In this document: positions 34,017 to 43,606 of the stretch, one piece after another
How positions within the stretch are numbered: position 1 is the stretch's first letter
Layout of the letters: the number at the start of each line of letters is the position of its first letter
Assembly (NCBI GenBank): GCA_903912365.1
Contig: CAIWGV010000035.1
Location: forward strand, 1-58,373
DNA: 58,373 nucleotides
Source of the DNA: an uncultured Alphaproteobacteria bacterium
GTDB lineage: Bacteria; Pseudomonadota; Alphaproteobacteria; UBA7879; UBA5542
Direction of reading: 5' to 3'
The notes under the pieces: generated by a model
Seen by the model: the letters and a program-made list of their open reading frames with translations, nothing else
What the model was told of the DNA's origin: nothing
Databases searched by the model: none
Position numbers and translations under genes: made by a program

Positions 34017-34048
34017 TGGTGGGCGCGACAGGATTCGAACCTGTGACC
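34017..34048 (-). pseudogene. orphan tRNA 3' fragment (T-arm, acceptor 3' strand, CCA)
   Basis: The reverse complement reads GGTCACAGGTTCGAATCCTGTCGCGCCCACCA. No matching 5' acceptor GGGCGCG or D-arm lies upstream. It is different from the tRNA-fMet repeat and sits 18 bp beyond the integrase stop. Confidence 0.6.
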
Positions 34049-34065
34049 ATTTAATTGATGCAAGG

Positions 34066-35235
34066 TCACCCCTTCTCTCCTCCATCTCCGTGCAAGAATA
34101 TATTCTCAATGGCCTTTTCCATGGAGTTTCTGACGGCCTCCCGATTAAAACGAGCATAGATGGCCGTCGCTTGCTGGGACCTGTGCCCTAAGGATGCTCC
34201 AATGGTGGGCAAGCTCGAACCCATGATGGCTTGATAACTTCCCAAAGTACGTCGGATATCATGGATACGCAAATTTGTGATGTTGGCTCTCTTCAGAACT
34301 CGCATCCACGTTTTTTTGGGATCTGCGAGATGACCTCGTTTACTCTTCTCACTGGGGAACACCCAAGGGCTTGTAGCTTCCGCTTTCCGCGCCTCAAGCA
34401 CTTCTAAGGCATGGTCCTCAAGCGGCACATGGAGAGGCTCTCCATTCTTCGTTTCAGGAATACGCCATTCCTTATGGTACCAATCAATCTCATCCCAACG
34501 CATGGCTAGAACATTCGACTTGCGGGCTCCCGTTAACAGCGAAAGCCAGATATAATCTCGTGCCGCGGTATTCTCCTCTTCTTTCAAAGCTTGGAACAAG
34601 CCTGGCAGTTCAATGGGCTGAATAAACCGATCCCTCGATTTCTCTTTGAACTTCTTGATGCCCTCTGCAGGGTTCCTTCCCTCCCATCCCCATTCTCTGG
34701 CCTTATTGTAAATTGCCCGAATGCGTTCCAGAAGGCGATTGGCCTGGTAGAGTCCATTCTCTTCTTTTACTTTTTCGTGCAGGCTCTGAACTTCCTGCTT
34801 CGTAATGGTGGATATTTTACGCTGAAACCAGTGAGACAGAAATTTATTGACCTCCCGCTCATCGTAGATCCAGGATCGTTTGTACTTCTTACTGTAGCGC
34901 TCCATGTATTCCTGGAATAGATCTCGAAAGAGGGTCTCGTTCCGAAGTCTCTGACGCTTAGAGTTGGGATTAATGCCCTGAGCCACATCCCCCTTCGCTT
35001 TAAGGGCCAGTTTCCGCGCATTTTCCACGGATAATGTGGGAAAAGCTCCCAACACAATGCGCTCATCTCTTCCATTGATACGCTTTCGAAGGAAGAACGT
35101 TGCCGCACCCTTGGAGGTTAAATAGAGACTTAGACCTTTTTCCTTGTCGTCATGATACGTCACCAAACCCTTTTCAGGAAAGGAAAGTTTCTGGATACTA
35201 AGCTTCGTAAATGTAAATTTTTTGTCCTTTTCCAT
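34066..35235 (-). CDS. int: tyrosine recombinase/integrase, P4 (CP4-57)-like with N-terminal arm-binding domain
   Basis: 389 aa. N-terminal DUF4102-type segment (KLSFPEKGLVTYHDDKEKGLSLYLTSKGAATFFLRKRINGR). Catalytic residues are in order: LTGARKSN, HDIRRT, GHRSQQATAIYAR. Confidence 0.9.
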   Translation of the reverse strand: MEKDKKFTFTKLSIQKLSFPEKGLVTYHDDKEKGLSLYLTSKGAATFFLRKRINGRDERIVLGAFPTLSVENARKLALKAKGDVAQGINPNSKRQRLRNETLFRDLFQEYMERYSKKYKRSWIYDEREVNKFLSHWFQRKISTITKQEVQSLHEKVKEENGLYQANRLLERIRAIYNKAREWGWEGRNPAEGIKKFKEKSRDRFIQPIELPGLFQALKEEENTAARDYIWLSLLTGARKSNVLAMRWDEIDWYHKEWRIPETKNGEPLHVPLEDHALEVLEARKAEATSPWVFPSEKSKRGHLADPKKTWMRVLKRANITNLRIHDIRRTLGSYQAIMGSSLPTIGASLGHRSQQATAIYARFNREAVRNSMEKAIENIFLHGDGGEKG

Positions 35236-35264
35236 TGCCGCACCGTTGCCGCATTATTGCCGCA
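35235..35264 (+). promoter_or_regulatory. three TTGCCGCA repeats at exact 11-bp spacing (candidate arm-type sites, right end)
   Basis: TTGCCGCAccgTTGCCGCAttaTTGCCGCA starts at 35235, 35246 and 35257. The first overlaps the integrase start codon. Confidence 0.45.
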
Positions 35265-35381
35265 ATCCATGTTAAAAACCCTCTAAATTGGGGTACTTGC
35301 ATTAAAGAGAAAATACGCTAGAATCCTTTGTGTGTAAAGGTTTATTAAGATTTATTAAAAGTCGGAAAACACTAGATTCTT

Positions 35382-35435
35382 AGGCTCATAACCTGAAGGT
35401 CGTCAGTTCAAATCTGGCCCCCGCAACCAATTACT
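35382..35435 (+). repeat. right att core (displaced 3' part of tRNA-fMet)
   Basis: 54/54 identity to 18554-18607. There is no tRNA 5' half upstream. Confidence 0.9.
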
Positions 35436-35504
35436 TTCTTTTCTTTCTCCAACAGCATTGCCAACTCCCTTGGATCTCTCTATTTTAGAAGATGAGGGGT
35501 TTTC

Positions 35505-36209
35505 ATGATTTATTTAATTTTGGGCAGTGTTTTTTTTGTTTTGATTGCTCTTTTGGCAAGCATTCCTTTTATCCGCTCCTTTCTAAAAAATCACCGTCCT
35601 AAAGGGTTTGTGAATCTTGCCCTCCTTGATCCCTCTATCTTCATTGACCTGAAATATTACGGGGAAGATAACTTTGTGGGCCGTCGGATTCGCGGGTATG
35701 AAGCCCCTATCTGTTATATTACCCTCCCGGCTGCCCTTGCCTTGAAAGAAGTTCAGGCAGAGCTCACTAAAAAGGGCCTGGGTCTTTTGGTGTGGGACGC
35801 CTATCGCCCCCAACGGGCCGTGGAAGATTTTTGGCGGTGGGCACAGAGTTTGGATAACCACACAAAATCCAAATACTATCCCCAATACTGGAAGAGAGAA
35901 CTTTTCCGCTTGGGATATCTCTCCAGAAAATCTGCCCACTCTAGAGGAGCCGCTGTGGATTTAACCCTCATAGATCTCGCCACAAAGAAGGCCTTGGATA
36001 TGGGAACCATTTTTGATTTCCTAGATCCCACGGCTCACACCAATGCGTACGCCAAAAACCTTATTACAAAAGAGCAGCAGAATAATCGGGAACTTTTAGA
36101 GAAAACAATGCGCTCCTACGGATTCAAAGTCTATGAAAATGAATGGTGGCACTTCACGTTTCAAGATGAAATGTATCCGAATCGCTACTTTGACTTTCCC
36201 ATTCGATAG
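35505..36209 (+). CDS. ddpX: D-alanyl-D-alanine dipeptidase (VanX/DdpX, M15D)
   Basis: 234 aa. SAHSRGAAVDLTL (His/Asp zinc ligands) and ENEWWHF motifs. N-terminal TM/signal segment. Confidence 0.85.
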   Translation: MIYLILGSVFFVLIALLASIPFIRSFLKNHRPKGFVNLALLDPSIFIDLKYYGEDNFVGRRIRGYEAPICYITLPAALALKEVQAELTKKGLGLLVWDAYRPQRAVEDFWRWAQSLDNHTKSKYYPQYWKRELFRLGYLSRKSAHSRGAAVDLTLIDLATKKALDMGTIFDFLDPTAHTNAYAKNLITKEQQNNRELLEKTMRSYGFKVYENEWWHFTFQDEMYPNRYFDFPIR

Positions 36210-36266
36210 GGAATCTCCATATAATCCTTGATGTGGGCGCCTGATAATGGTACATATCTTCATGTT

Positions 36267-36343
<77 letters not shown>

Positions 36344-36360
36344 TATAATTTTCTCTACGG

Positions 36361-36437
36361 GCGTCCTTAGCTCAGCTGGATAGAGCATCGGCCTTCTAAG
36401 CCGAGGGTCGGAGGTTCGAATCCTCCAGGACGCACCA
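36361..36437 (+). tRNA. tRNA-Arg (TCT)
   Basis: GCGTCCT-TA-GCTC..GAGC-A-TCGGC-CTTCTAA-GCCGA-GGGTC-GGAGG-TTCGAAT-CCTCC-AGGACGC-A-CCA. Confidence 0.92.
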
Positions 36438-36495
36438 CTTTTATTTTTCTTGAGATCCCCTTGAAATCTGCGATCTCCTCTCCTACATATAGTTC

Positions 36496-38076
36496 ATGAT
36501 AAAAAATATTTTTACTCTCTTAATTTTAGGAACTCTTGCTTTGCAAGAAACCTATGCTGCTGCCAGTGATGAGAAGGACGCTTCCTCTTTAGCAGCTGTT
36601 TCTCGGCCCTCTCAATTTTCACTGGAAAATCTCTTGGAGCTATGTACCTCCTATGGGACCTGTCCAGGAAATCGTGATGATAAAGAGCTTTACTATAGAA
36701 ATCAGTTTGCCAGCTTTAAATCTAACCTAAAGTCTCTAGATTGGGGGAAAGTTTCCTCTCGACTCTATTTTCTGTCCCTTGCAAACAGTTTTTTGGTTTC
36801 TCTTAACAATTTCTCAGCTGTGGCCTATAGCGGCACTCAAGCGGGAGGCTCTATCTCCAGAGATGTTGTTCGAACTCTTTACCCTCTTAAAGTTCATCCT
36901 GTTGTAACCTTTGTCCAGGAGAAGTTTTTTAATCCGCTCATGGAAAAACTCCAGAAAAATAACAGTGTATCAGCTGGGAGTAAATTTGGCGTTCTTCCTC
37001 ATGACCCAACGGTTTCTCTGGGATACATGGAAGATACCCCTGGTTCTTATTTATTTATGTCCTTGTCTCACCTCACGCCTTCTCTTAGAAAATGTGATGT
37101 GCCTTTTGGAATAACTAATATTGAAAGTCAAAGTGCCTTCCTGTTGCGAGGAGAAACCCTCATCACAGATCCGGGCTTCATCATCGACTATAGACGGGAC
37201 GGATCTGGGTTTGTTCGCATAGTCCAATATTATGGGGGCAATCCCGATCACCCTTTGAAAACTTTTCCTTTATCCGTTTGCGGGGGAAAAGAAGTTCATT
37301 CCATATTCAGAGCCCTCGACGACCTCTTACAAAAAGAGATTGATGGGAGAACCCCTTCTCACTCCCCCATAATTTTTATGGCAACCCCCCAAACACCTCA
37401 GGAGAATGAGCTTCTGGAAATTCTCCTCTTAAAAGAGCTCTCCCAAGAGAAAGATCCAGAAATTCAAAAGGCCAATCTCCTCTTGTTAGAAGCTTATGGG
37501 TATTTTGAGGAAAAAGAAGTCCCCAAAGCCCTCGCTCTTGAAGACGCCTCTCAAGGGGCCTCTGCAGAAGCAGCCCCTCCTCTCCCCGTCCCTTATTCCG
37601 AAGTTATCGCAAATCTGAAAAAACAAGCAGAAGAAAGGCTTGCAGAAAAATTCCGCGCAGAAATTCGAGCAGAGCAAGAATCTATTAAACAACGGGTTAT
37701 TGCAGAAGCAGAAGCGACTGCCGTTCACACCCCTTCTAAATCTAAAAGAGGGGGCCATGGGAAGGGTCAGCCTCAGCCCAAGACAGCGGCTGCAGAAGCT
37801 CCAAAATCAGAAGAAAACATAGACCGGGAAGTAAAAGCCCTTATGAAACAATACCGATTAAAAAATGTGGAAAAATTTCGGAACGTACAAGGCATTCTCA
37901 ACCTATTTTTAAAGGAAAAAGCATCTCATATGGTAGAACGCCAAAGGGGGTCCCACCATACTATTCATATTCCAGACACGGGTTCCATAACCATCGCTCA
38001 TCATGGCCTGAATGATAGAGTTCCCACGGCCCGAATTTTAAGAGACTTTGTAGCAGCATTGGGGTCACCTCAATAG
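36496..38076 (+). CDS. secreted protein with C-terminal HicA-like domain
   Basis: 526 aa. Signal peptide MIKNIFTLLILGTLALQETYAAA. Unrecognised ~400-aa body and a charged linker. The C-terminus VERQRGSHHTIHIPDTGSITIAHHGLNDRVPTARILRDFVAALG matches the HicA/YcfA pattern (GSHH...vtvP.H....l..gtl..Il...G). Confidence 0.55.
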   Translation: MIKNIFTLLILGTLALQETYAAASDEKDASSLAAVSRPSQFSLENLLELCTSYGTCPGNRDDKELYYRNQFASFKSNLKSLDWGKVSSRLYFLSLANSFLVSLNNFSAVAYSGTQAGGSISRDVVRTLYPLKVHPVVTFVQEKFFNPLMEKLQKNNSVSAGSKFGVLPHDPTVSLGYMEDTPGSYLFMSLSHLTPSLRKCDVPFGITNIESQSAFLLRGETLITDPGFIIDYRRDGSGFVRIVQYYGGNPDHPLKTFPLSVCGGKEVHSIFRALDDLLQKEIDGRTPSHSPIIFMATPQTPQENELLEILLLKELSQEKDPEIQKANLLLLEAYGYFEEKEVPKALALEDASQGASAEAAPPLPVPYSEVIANLKKQAEERLAEKFRAEIRAEQESIKQRVIAEAEATAVHTPSKSKRGGHGKGQPQPKTAAAEAPKSEENIDREVKALMKQYRLKNVEKFRNVQGILNLFLKEKASHMVERQRGSHHTIHIPDTGSITIAHHGLNDRVPTARILRDFVAALGSPQ

Positions 38077-38078
38077 AT

Positions 38079-39071
38079 TCATCCAATTCCCACTGCCTTC
38101 TTGGCTTCTTCTAACGTAGAATTAGCTAAATTATTTGCCCTTTCAGCTCCTTCTGCTAAGATCTTTTCCACGTGATCTGGGGACTTCATCAGATTTAAAA
38201 ATCTTTCCCGAATAGGGGACAGAACTTCCACACAAACGGCTGCCAACTCTTGTTTGAATTCAGAAAAGTTTTTGCCTCCAAATCTATGGCATATTTCTTG
38301 AGGACTGGCCCCCTGGAGAGAACTATAAATATTGATAAGGTTTCTCACCTCGGGACGATTTTCTGTTTCTTCTATTGTCCCGGGAAAGGGGGCCGTATCC
38401 GTCGTGGCTTTCCGAATCTTTTTCATAATTGTGTCCGCGTCATCTAATAGATTCAGTCTGGATCCCTCAGCCGCATCGGACTTACTCATCTTTTTGGTGC
38501 CATCTTTAAGGCCCATAACCCGGGTTCCTGAACCAAAAATCAAAGGTTCTGGAACAACAAAAAGGTCTTTTTTATAGCGATGATTAAAAGACTGAGCTAT
38601 TTCTCGGGTCAGCTCTAAATGTTGCTTTTGATCCTCCCCCACGGGCACGTGGGTGGCCTTATACAGCAAAATATCCGCCGCCATAAGTACTGGATAGGCA
38701 TAAAGACCCAGGTTTGCTCCCTCCTGTTTTGTCCCTGCCTTTTCCTTGAATTGGGTCATGCGATTAAGCCATCCCAGGGGGGTTGAGCAAGAAAGGATCC
38801 ACATGAGTTCCGTATGGGCCGGCACCGCACTCTGAATAAACAAAGTACTCTTGGAGGGGTCAACACCCGCAGCCAAATACCACGCTGTTCCCTCAATAAC
38901 ATTACGCCTTAATTCGGCTGGATTTGGATGGGCCGTTAAAGCATGAAGATCCACCATGCAGAAAAAGGATTCATATTGATGCTGAAGACTTACCCAGTTC
39001 TTCAGAGCGCCTAAATAATTTCCCAAATGCAGATTTCCCGTGGGCTGCATACCCGATAAAATACGTTTCAT
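38079..39071 (-). CDS. trpS: tryptophan--tRNA ligase
   Basis: 330 aa. SGMQPTGNLHLGNYLGA (HIGH-type) and KMSKSD motifs. Confidence 0.95.
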   Translation of the reverse strand: MKRILSGMQPTGNLHLGNYLGALKNWVSLQHQYESFFCMVDLHALTAHPNPAELRRNVIEGTAWYLAAGVDPSKSTLFIQSAVPAHTELMWILSCSTPLGWLNRMTQFKEKAGTKQEGANLGLYAYPVLMAADILLYKATHVPVGEDQKQHLELTREIAQSFNHRYKKDLFVVPEPLIFGSGTRVMGLKDGTKKMSKSDAAEGSRLNLLDDADTIMKKIRKATTDTAPFPGTIEETENRPEVRNLINIYSSLQGASPQEICHRFGGKNFSEFKQELAAVCVEVLSPIRERFLNLMKSPDHVEKILAEGAERANNLANSTLEEAKKAVGIG

Positions 39072-40642
39072 AGGTCTCTTTCTTTCATACTAATGTCTTC
39101 GGAAGTCCGCTTCATAACCTCCCTAAATTCTTCAACAGAGGCCCCTTTGAAGAGCAGGAGAAGTCCCAGATATGACAAAACCCCTGCCCCAATAAACAGG
39201 GCCAGAAAGGATACATCTTTCAAAATACTCTCCGCCCACAAGGGGTTTAGCCAAGAAAGGCCGTAATAAAGTCCACCCCCCATTAATGCTGCTGCCCCTA
39301 AGATTCTTGGAAATTTCATCTTCAGTCCCTTATCGGGGGTAAAATATCTTTTCTTTTTTAAGAGATACCCTAAAGTTCCTGCATTGACAAAGGAAGAAAG
39401 AACAGCGGCAGTGGCGATACCATAATAACTAAAGAAGGGAAACAGAATTAAGGTAAAGACTAAATTTGATATGATGGAGATAGATGCCACGATCATAGGA
39501 GTTCTTGTGTTTCCTCGGGCAAAAAAGTTTGCATTAAAGATCTTGACCATTACGTTTGCTGGCAAGCAAATGGCATAAATAGAGAGAACTTTCCCCACCT
39601 CTATGGACATTATGCTGGTAAACCGGCCGTGTTGAAAAAGTACTGTTACGATGGGTAATGAAAGAACAATCAAGGCAATGGTAGCGGGAAGGGTTAAAAC
39701 AAAACTAAATTGCAAAACTCTATTTTGAACATAGACGGCCTCTTCATGTTTATTAGACGCCATATGCCGGGTTAAAAGGGGCAGCAGTACAGTTCCAATG
39801 GCAATTCCCGTAATGCTTAGGGGAAACTGGTTGATACGATCTGCAAAGGCCAGATAGGATACAGCCATGGGCACATAGGAGGCAACGCCCGTAGAGACCA
39901 GCAAATTTATCTGATAGACTCCTGCCCCTGCAATTCCAGGACCAATCCGTCGCAGGAGTGTTTTTAACTCTTCTGTTATTTTGATAGGAACAAGCTTAAT
40001 CACCATTCCTTTTCGAGCACATGCCCACAAGACCCAAAGAAGTTGTGCGGCTCCTGCCAAAGTCACGGCCCAACTTAAGGCTTTTCCTGCCTCTAGTCCA
40101 TTACAAGAAAAAAGGACAAGGGAGGCGATGCAAAATAGATTTAGGAGGATGGGAGCAGAAGCCGCTGCGGAAAAATGATTCAAAGAATTCAAGACACCCG
40201 CACAGAGAGCCGAGAGAGCAATAAATAGGATGTAGGGAAAAACGATATGCCCGAAGTGAATTGCCATTTGGAACTTTTCTGGGTTTTCTTTAAATCCTGG
40301 AGCCAGAATGGACATAACCCCTCCCATGTTCATCTCAAAAACAAATACCAACACCAGGAGGATAAGCATGAGCACGGTAAAAACAAGCCGAGCAAAAGCT
40401 AATGCTTTGGCTTTTCCTTGCTTATGATGAAGGTGTCCAAAGATAGGAACAAAGGCAGAGTTTAGAGCTCCCTCTGCAAAAAGGCTTCGAAATAAATTTG
40501 GGAGCCTAAAGGCTTGAAAAAAAACGTCAGAGATACCGCTATCGCCGAAGGTAGAGCCGATCAAAACATCTCGCACGTAGCCCAGGACACGGCTTACAAA
40601 GGTAAGACCGCTAACAGCTGCCATGGAGCGGAAAAATGCCAT
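39068..40642 (-). CDS. murJ: lipid II flippase MurJ (MviN)
   Basis: 524 aa polytopic protein. N-terminal LTFVSRVLGYVRDVLIGSTFG...FFQAFRLPNLFRSLFAEGALNSAFVPIF is the MurJ signature. Confidence 0.9.
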   Translation of the reverse strand: MAFFRSMAAVSGLTFVSRVLGYVRDVLIGSTFGDSGISDVFFQAFRLPNLFRSLFAEGALNSAFVPIFGHLHHKQGKAKALAFARLVFTVLMLILLVLVFVFEMNMGGVMSILAPGFKENPEKFQMAIHFGHIVFPYILFIALSALCAGVLNSLNHFSAAASAPILLNLFCIASLVLFSCNGLEAGKALSWAVTLAGAAQLLWVLWACARKGMVIKLVPIKITEELKTLLRRIGPGIAGAGVYQINLLVSTGVASYVPMAVSYLAFADRINQFPLSITGIAIGTVLLPLLTRHMASNKHEEAVYVQNRVLQFSFVLTLPATIALIVLSLPIVTVLFQHGRFTSIMSIEVGKVLSIYAICLPANVMVKIFNANFFARGNTRTPMIVASISIISNLVFTLILFPFFSYYGIATAAVLSSFVNAGTLGYLLKKKRYFTPDKGLKMKFPRILGAAALMGGGLYYGLSWLNPLWAESILKDVSFLALFIGAGVLSYLGLLLLFKGASVEEFREVMKRTSEDISMKERDL

Positions 40643-40648
40643 AAACCC

Positions 40649-41314
40649 CTAAGATTTAGCAGAGTTAGAATTGTTCTGCCTCTTCTCTAACTCTTCAATC
40701 AAGCCCTTGATGCCACTCTTTGATTGCAAAATACCAGTAAACTCAGATCTCTGCGTCAAAGCCATACTGACACCCTCTACGACCACATCATATATTTTTA
40801 ATAAACCTTGTTTGTTTTCATAGAGGTGCCATTCGATCATAATCTTTGAATCATTGGGTCGGATAATTTGGCTGGACACAGTGAGTGAATTTCCTTTAGC
40901 ATCGCCAACCTTTCCAGATGTGGTCTTAAATTTTTCATTGTTATATTCTCCAAACCGAGCGGCATAGGTGGTCACAATGGTGGATTTAAACAACCTTAAA
41001 TAACGCTCTATATCATCGGCGGCACTCCCATGACGGAAGCGCCCCAAAACGAACTTACCAATCCGCTCATAGTCAAAGTCTTCTACAAATAATTTTTCAA
41101 ATCTATGGCGACGCTCCTGAATGGTGAGCTCTTTGCCTGTCAGGGACTTAATAGCCCGATCTCCCAAATCCTGAATGAATTTTTGAGCCTTCTCCCCCTT
41201 ATCGCTTGGAACATCGGCACTCTCTGCAAAAAAAGGAACAAAGAAAACCATCCACAGAACCGCCCCCCATGCCTTTAGGGCTCTACTTTTTTGGTGCTTT
41301 ATCAGTCTTTTCAT
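40649..41314 (-). CDS. mlaC: MlaC/Ttg2D-family phospholipid-binding periplasmic protein
   Basis: 221 aa with a signal peptide. FDYERIGKFVLGRFRH and YDVVVEGVSMALTQRSEF motifs are typical of MlaC. Adjacent to mlaA. Confidence 0.75.
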   Translation of the reverse strand: MKRLIKHQKSRALKAWGAVLWMVFFVPFFAESADVPSDKGEKAQKFIQDLGDRAIKSLTGKELTIQERRHRFEKLFVEDFDYERIGKFVLGRFRHGSAADDIERYLRLFKSTIVTTYAARFGEYNNEKFKTTSGKVGDAKGNSLTVSSQIIRPNDSKIMIEWHLYENKQGLLKIYDVVVEGVSMALTQRSEFTGILQSKSGIKGLIEELEKRQNNSNSAKS

Positions 41315-42138
41315 TACAATCCTATATCATCAACCATAAATTCATCGAGGGACGGGCTCCTATGTACAAGCTCTCCGTTATCTCTGCGCTCAGCACTCAT
41401 GTACTGTTTATAGAAACTACGCATTGCTGCGTAAAAGTCAATAGAGTTTTCTCTAAAGTTTCTAATATCATCCGTAATATCTGCTCGAGTCACCATAAAT
41501 GTCACTCCCACCCTAGCCCAAATCAAGCTCTCTTCATCCATTTCCCTCATGTAGTAGCAAACCGGATCCATTATATAGTCACCCCCTAAGCCTGCAAGGA
41601 ATCTTGGGTTTGAAGGTCCTAGGATAGGAACAATGAGGTAAGGACCAGTAGGAACTCCCCAATATTTTAGCGTTGTATTGAAGCTTTCTTTGTGTTTTGG
41701 CAGGCCCAAACTTTCCGCCACATCAAAGATTCCCCCAAACCCAAAAATCGTATTGATTAAAAATCTGCTGAAACTTTCAAGGGCTTTTGTCCCCCGTGCC
41801 TGTAGAAAATCATTTGTAAAAGTTAGAGGTTCACCCAGATTAAATAATCCATGAGAAACTGCTTTTTGAATACAAAAGGGCATTGCCATTTTGTACATAT
41901 TTGCCACAGGATCTATGAGAACCCCATCCACAATTTCATTGAAGTAAAAAATCTTTCGATTAATGGGTTCAAAGGGATCCGCATCCAAATCGTCAACCTC
42001 TGTTTCTTTATCAGAAGAAGTCTCACTCTCTGTGGTTGGCGCAGAATCTTCCCCTCCATCTCCCACAAAGATGGTGGCCCCCCAGGAAAAAGGGACGAAG
42101 AACATAAGAAAGATCCATGTCCCAAAAATTTTATTCAT
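41314..42138 (-). CDS. mlaA: MlaA/VacJ-family outer-membrane lipoprotein
   Basis: 274 aa. DPFEPINRKIFYFNEIVD and GPYLIVPILGPSNPR motifs. Confidence 0.8.
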   Translation of the reverse strand: MNKIFGTWIFLMFFVPFSWGATIFVGDGGEDSAPTTESETSSDKETEVDDLDADPFEPINRKIFYFNEIVDGVLIDPVANMYKMAMPFCIQKAVSHGLFNLGEPLTFTNDFLQARGTKALESFSRFLINTIFGFGGIFDVAESLGLPKHKESFNTTLKYWGVPTGPYLIVPILGPSNPRFLAGLGGDYIMDPVCYYMREMDEESLIWARVGVTFMVTRADITDDIRNFRENSIDFYAAMRSFYKQYMSAERRDNGELVHRSPSLDEFMVDDIGL

Positions 42139-42219
42139 GCATTATCTCCACCCCTTAATCTTAGTGAATATTTGAGCATGACGCAAACTAATCCTTATGT
42201 TTTTGGGTAAGCTAACTTT

Positions 42220-42441
42220 TCAATTTTTCCGAAAAAAATTTAAAACATAGATGCGCAAAATGCTGGCTAGATTTCCCTGATTTTCTTCATCAATCTGAGT
42301 TATGAGTTTAGAGAGACTAATCTCCCTATCCTGGGCAATTTTTTGCAGCTCTTCCCAAAACAGAGACTCCAATGCGACAGATGTTCGGTGCCCAGACAAA
42401 GTAAAAGATTTTTTTTGAAGAGACTCTGTCTTATTTTTCAT
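42220..42441 (-). CDS. ribbon-helix-helix domain protein
   Basis: 73 aa. SFTLSGHRTSVALESLFWEELQKIAQDREISLSKLITQID fits the RHH_4-type pattern common next to alphaproteobacterial housekeeping genes. Confidence 0.55.
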   Translation of the reverse strand: MKNKTESLQKKSFTLSGHRTSVALESLFWEELQKIAQDREISLSKLITQIDEENQGNLASILRIYVLNFFRKN

Positions 42442-43606
42442 TCACTACCTCTCGAACAATCTCTGCTATTCTTGTGCTCGGAGATATTTTTCCTGCCCTT
42501 AGGTAAGGATCTACTTCTTTAAAAGCTCTGATCTGCTCTTTTCTTTTGGAAGAACTCTCCAAAATCTTAAGAAGAGCAGAAGAAAGAATTTGAGGGGTAC
42601 ATTTATCCTGCAAAAGTTCCGGAACGGCCTCTCGCTTTAAAAGAATATTCACCATGCAAAAATATTTAGTTTTTACAAATAGCCGGACAATCCACGCCGA
42701 AATTTTGGATATTTTATACGTAATGATCATGGGAAGTCGCGCCAAAGCCAGTTCCAAAGCCACTGTTCCAGAGGCAGCCAGGGCCACAGAACTTGCCGCG
42801 TAAGCATCCCTCTTCTCTTCCAAGGATGTCACAAAGATCGTTGGCACGGAAGATAGCCAGTTGCTTTTTAAGTAATCCTCACAAGAGGTTAACGTAGGAA
42901 TCACTAGACATAGATTGGGGATTTTAACTTTCAGAAGCTCTGCCGTATCTCTAAAAATGCCCAGGTGGCGCTTTAACTCTCCCATACGACTTCCCGGCAA
43001 AAAGCATAGAATGGGAACATCTTTTGGAATGTGATGCTTCTTTCTAAATCTAGACTTTAGACCGGAAGCCAGGTCCAGCTCTATCAACGGATGCCCCACA
43101 AAGGTTGTTGGCAATCCCTGTTTTGTAAAGTAAGGCGGCTCAAAGGCGAATAAAGTAAATAAATGATTCAGAAATTTAGAAATCTTTTTTGCCCTGCTTT
43201 TCTTCCAAGCCCATACAGTAGGGGCCACATAATGCATATGAACCACTTTAAGCTTTTTCAGTTTTTTTCCTAATTGAAAGTTAAACCCTGGAAAATCAAT
43301 GGTGATTACCACACAGGGGCGCTTCTTTTCTACGTAATCCACGGTCTTGTAAAGATGATGAATAATCTTCAGGTATTTACGCCAATCTTCGAAAAAGCCC
43401 ATGACACCGAAATCGGAAAGAGGAAAGAGAGATTCAAGGCCTTCCTGCTGCATAAAGGATCCCCCTATACCAGAAAAGCGGACTTTTCCTTTGAATTGCT
43501 CTTTCAAAGCCTTAATGAGCTGAGCACCAAACAAATCCCCAGAGGCCTCTCCTGCCACAATAAAAATCAGAGGCCAAGAATCCTTAGTCTTTTTGGGTAA
43601 AGCCAT
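42431..43606 (-). CDS. lpxB: lipid-A-disaccharide synthase
   Basis: IFIVAGEASGDLFGAQLIKAL N-terminus and position in the lpx cluster. The start is taken at ATG 43604-43606 (MALPKK...); the ORF extends to 43639. Confidence 0.88.
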   Translation of the reverse strand: MALPKKTKDSWPLIFIVAGEASGDLFGAQLIKALKEQFKGKVRFSGIGGSFMQQEGLESLFPLSDFGVMGFFEDWRKYLKIIHHLYKTVDYVEKKRPCVVITIDFPGFNFQLGKKLKKLKVVHMHYVAPTVWAWKKSRAKKISKFLNHLFTLFAFEPPYFTKQGLPTTFVGHPLIELDLASGLKSRFRKKHHIPKDVPILCFLPGSRMGELKRHLGIFRDTAELLKVKIPNLCLVIPTLTSCEDYLKSNWLSSVPTIFVTSLEEKRDAYAASSVALAASGTVALELALARLPMIITYKISKISAWIVRLFVKTKYFCMVNILLKREAVPELLQDKCTPQILSSALLKILESSSKRKEQIRAFKEVDPYLRAGKISPSTRIAEIVREVVNEK

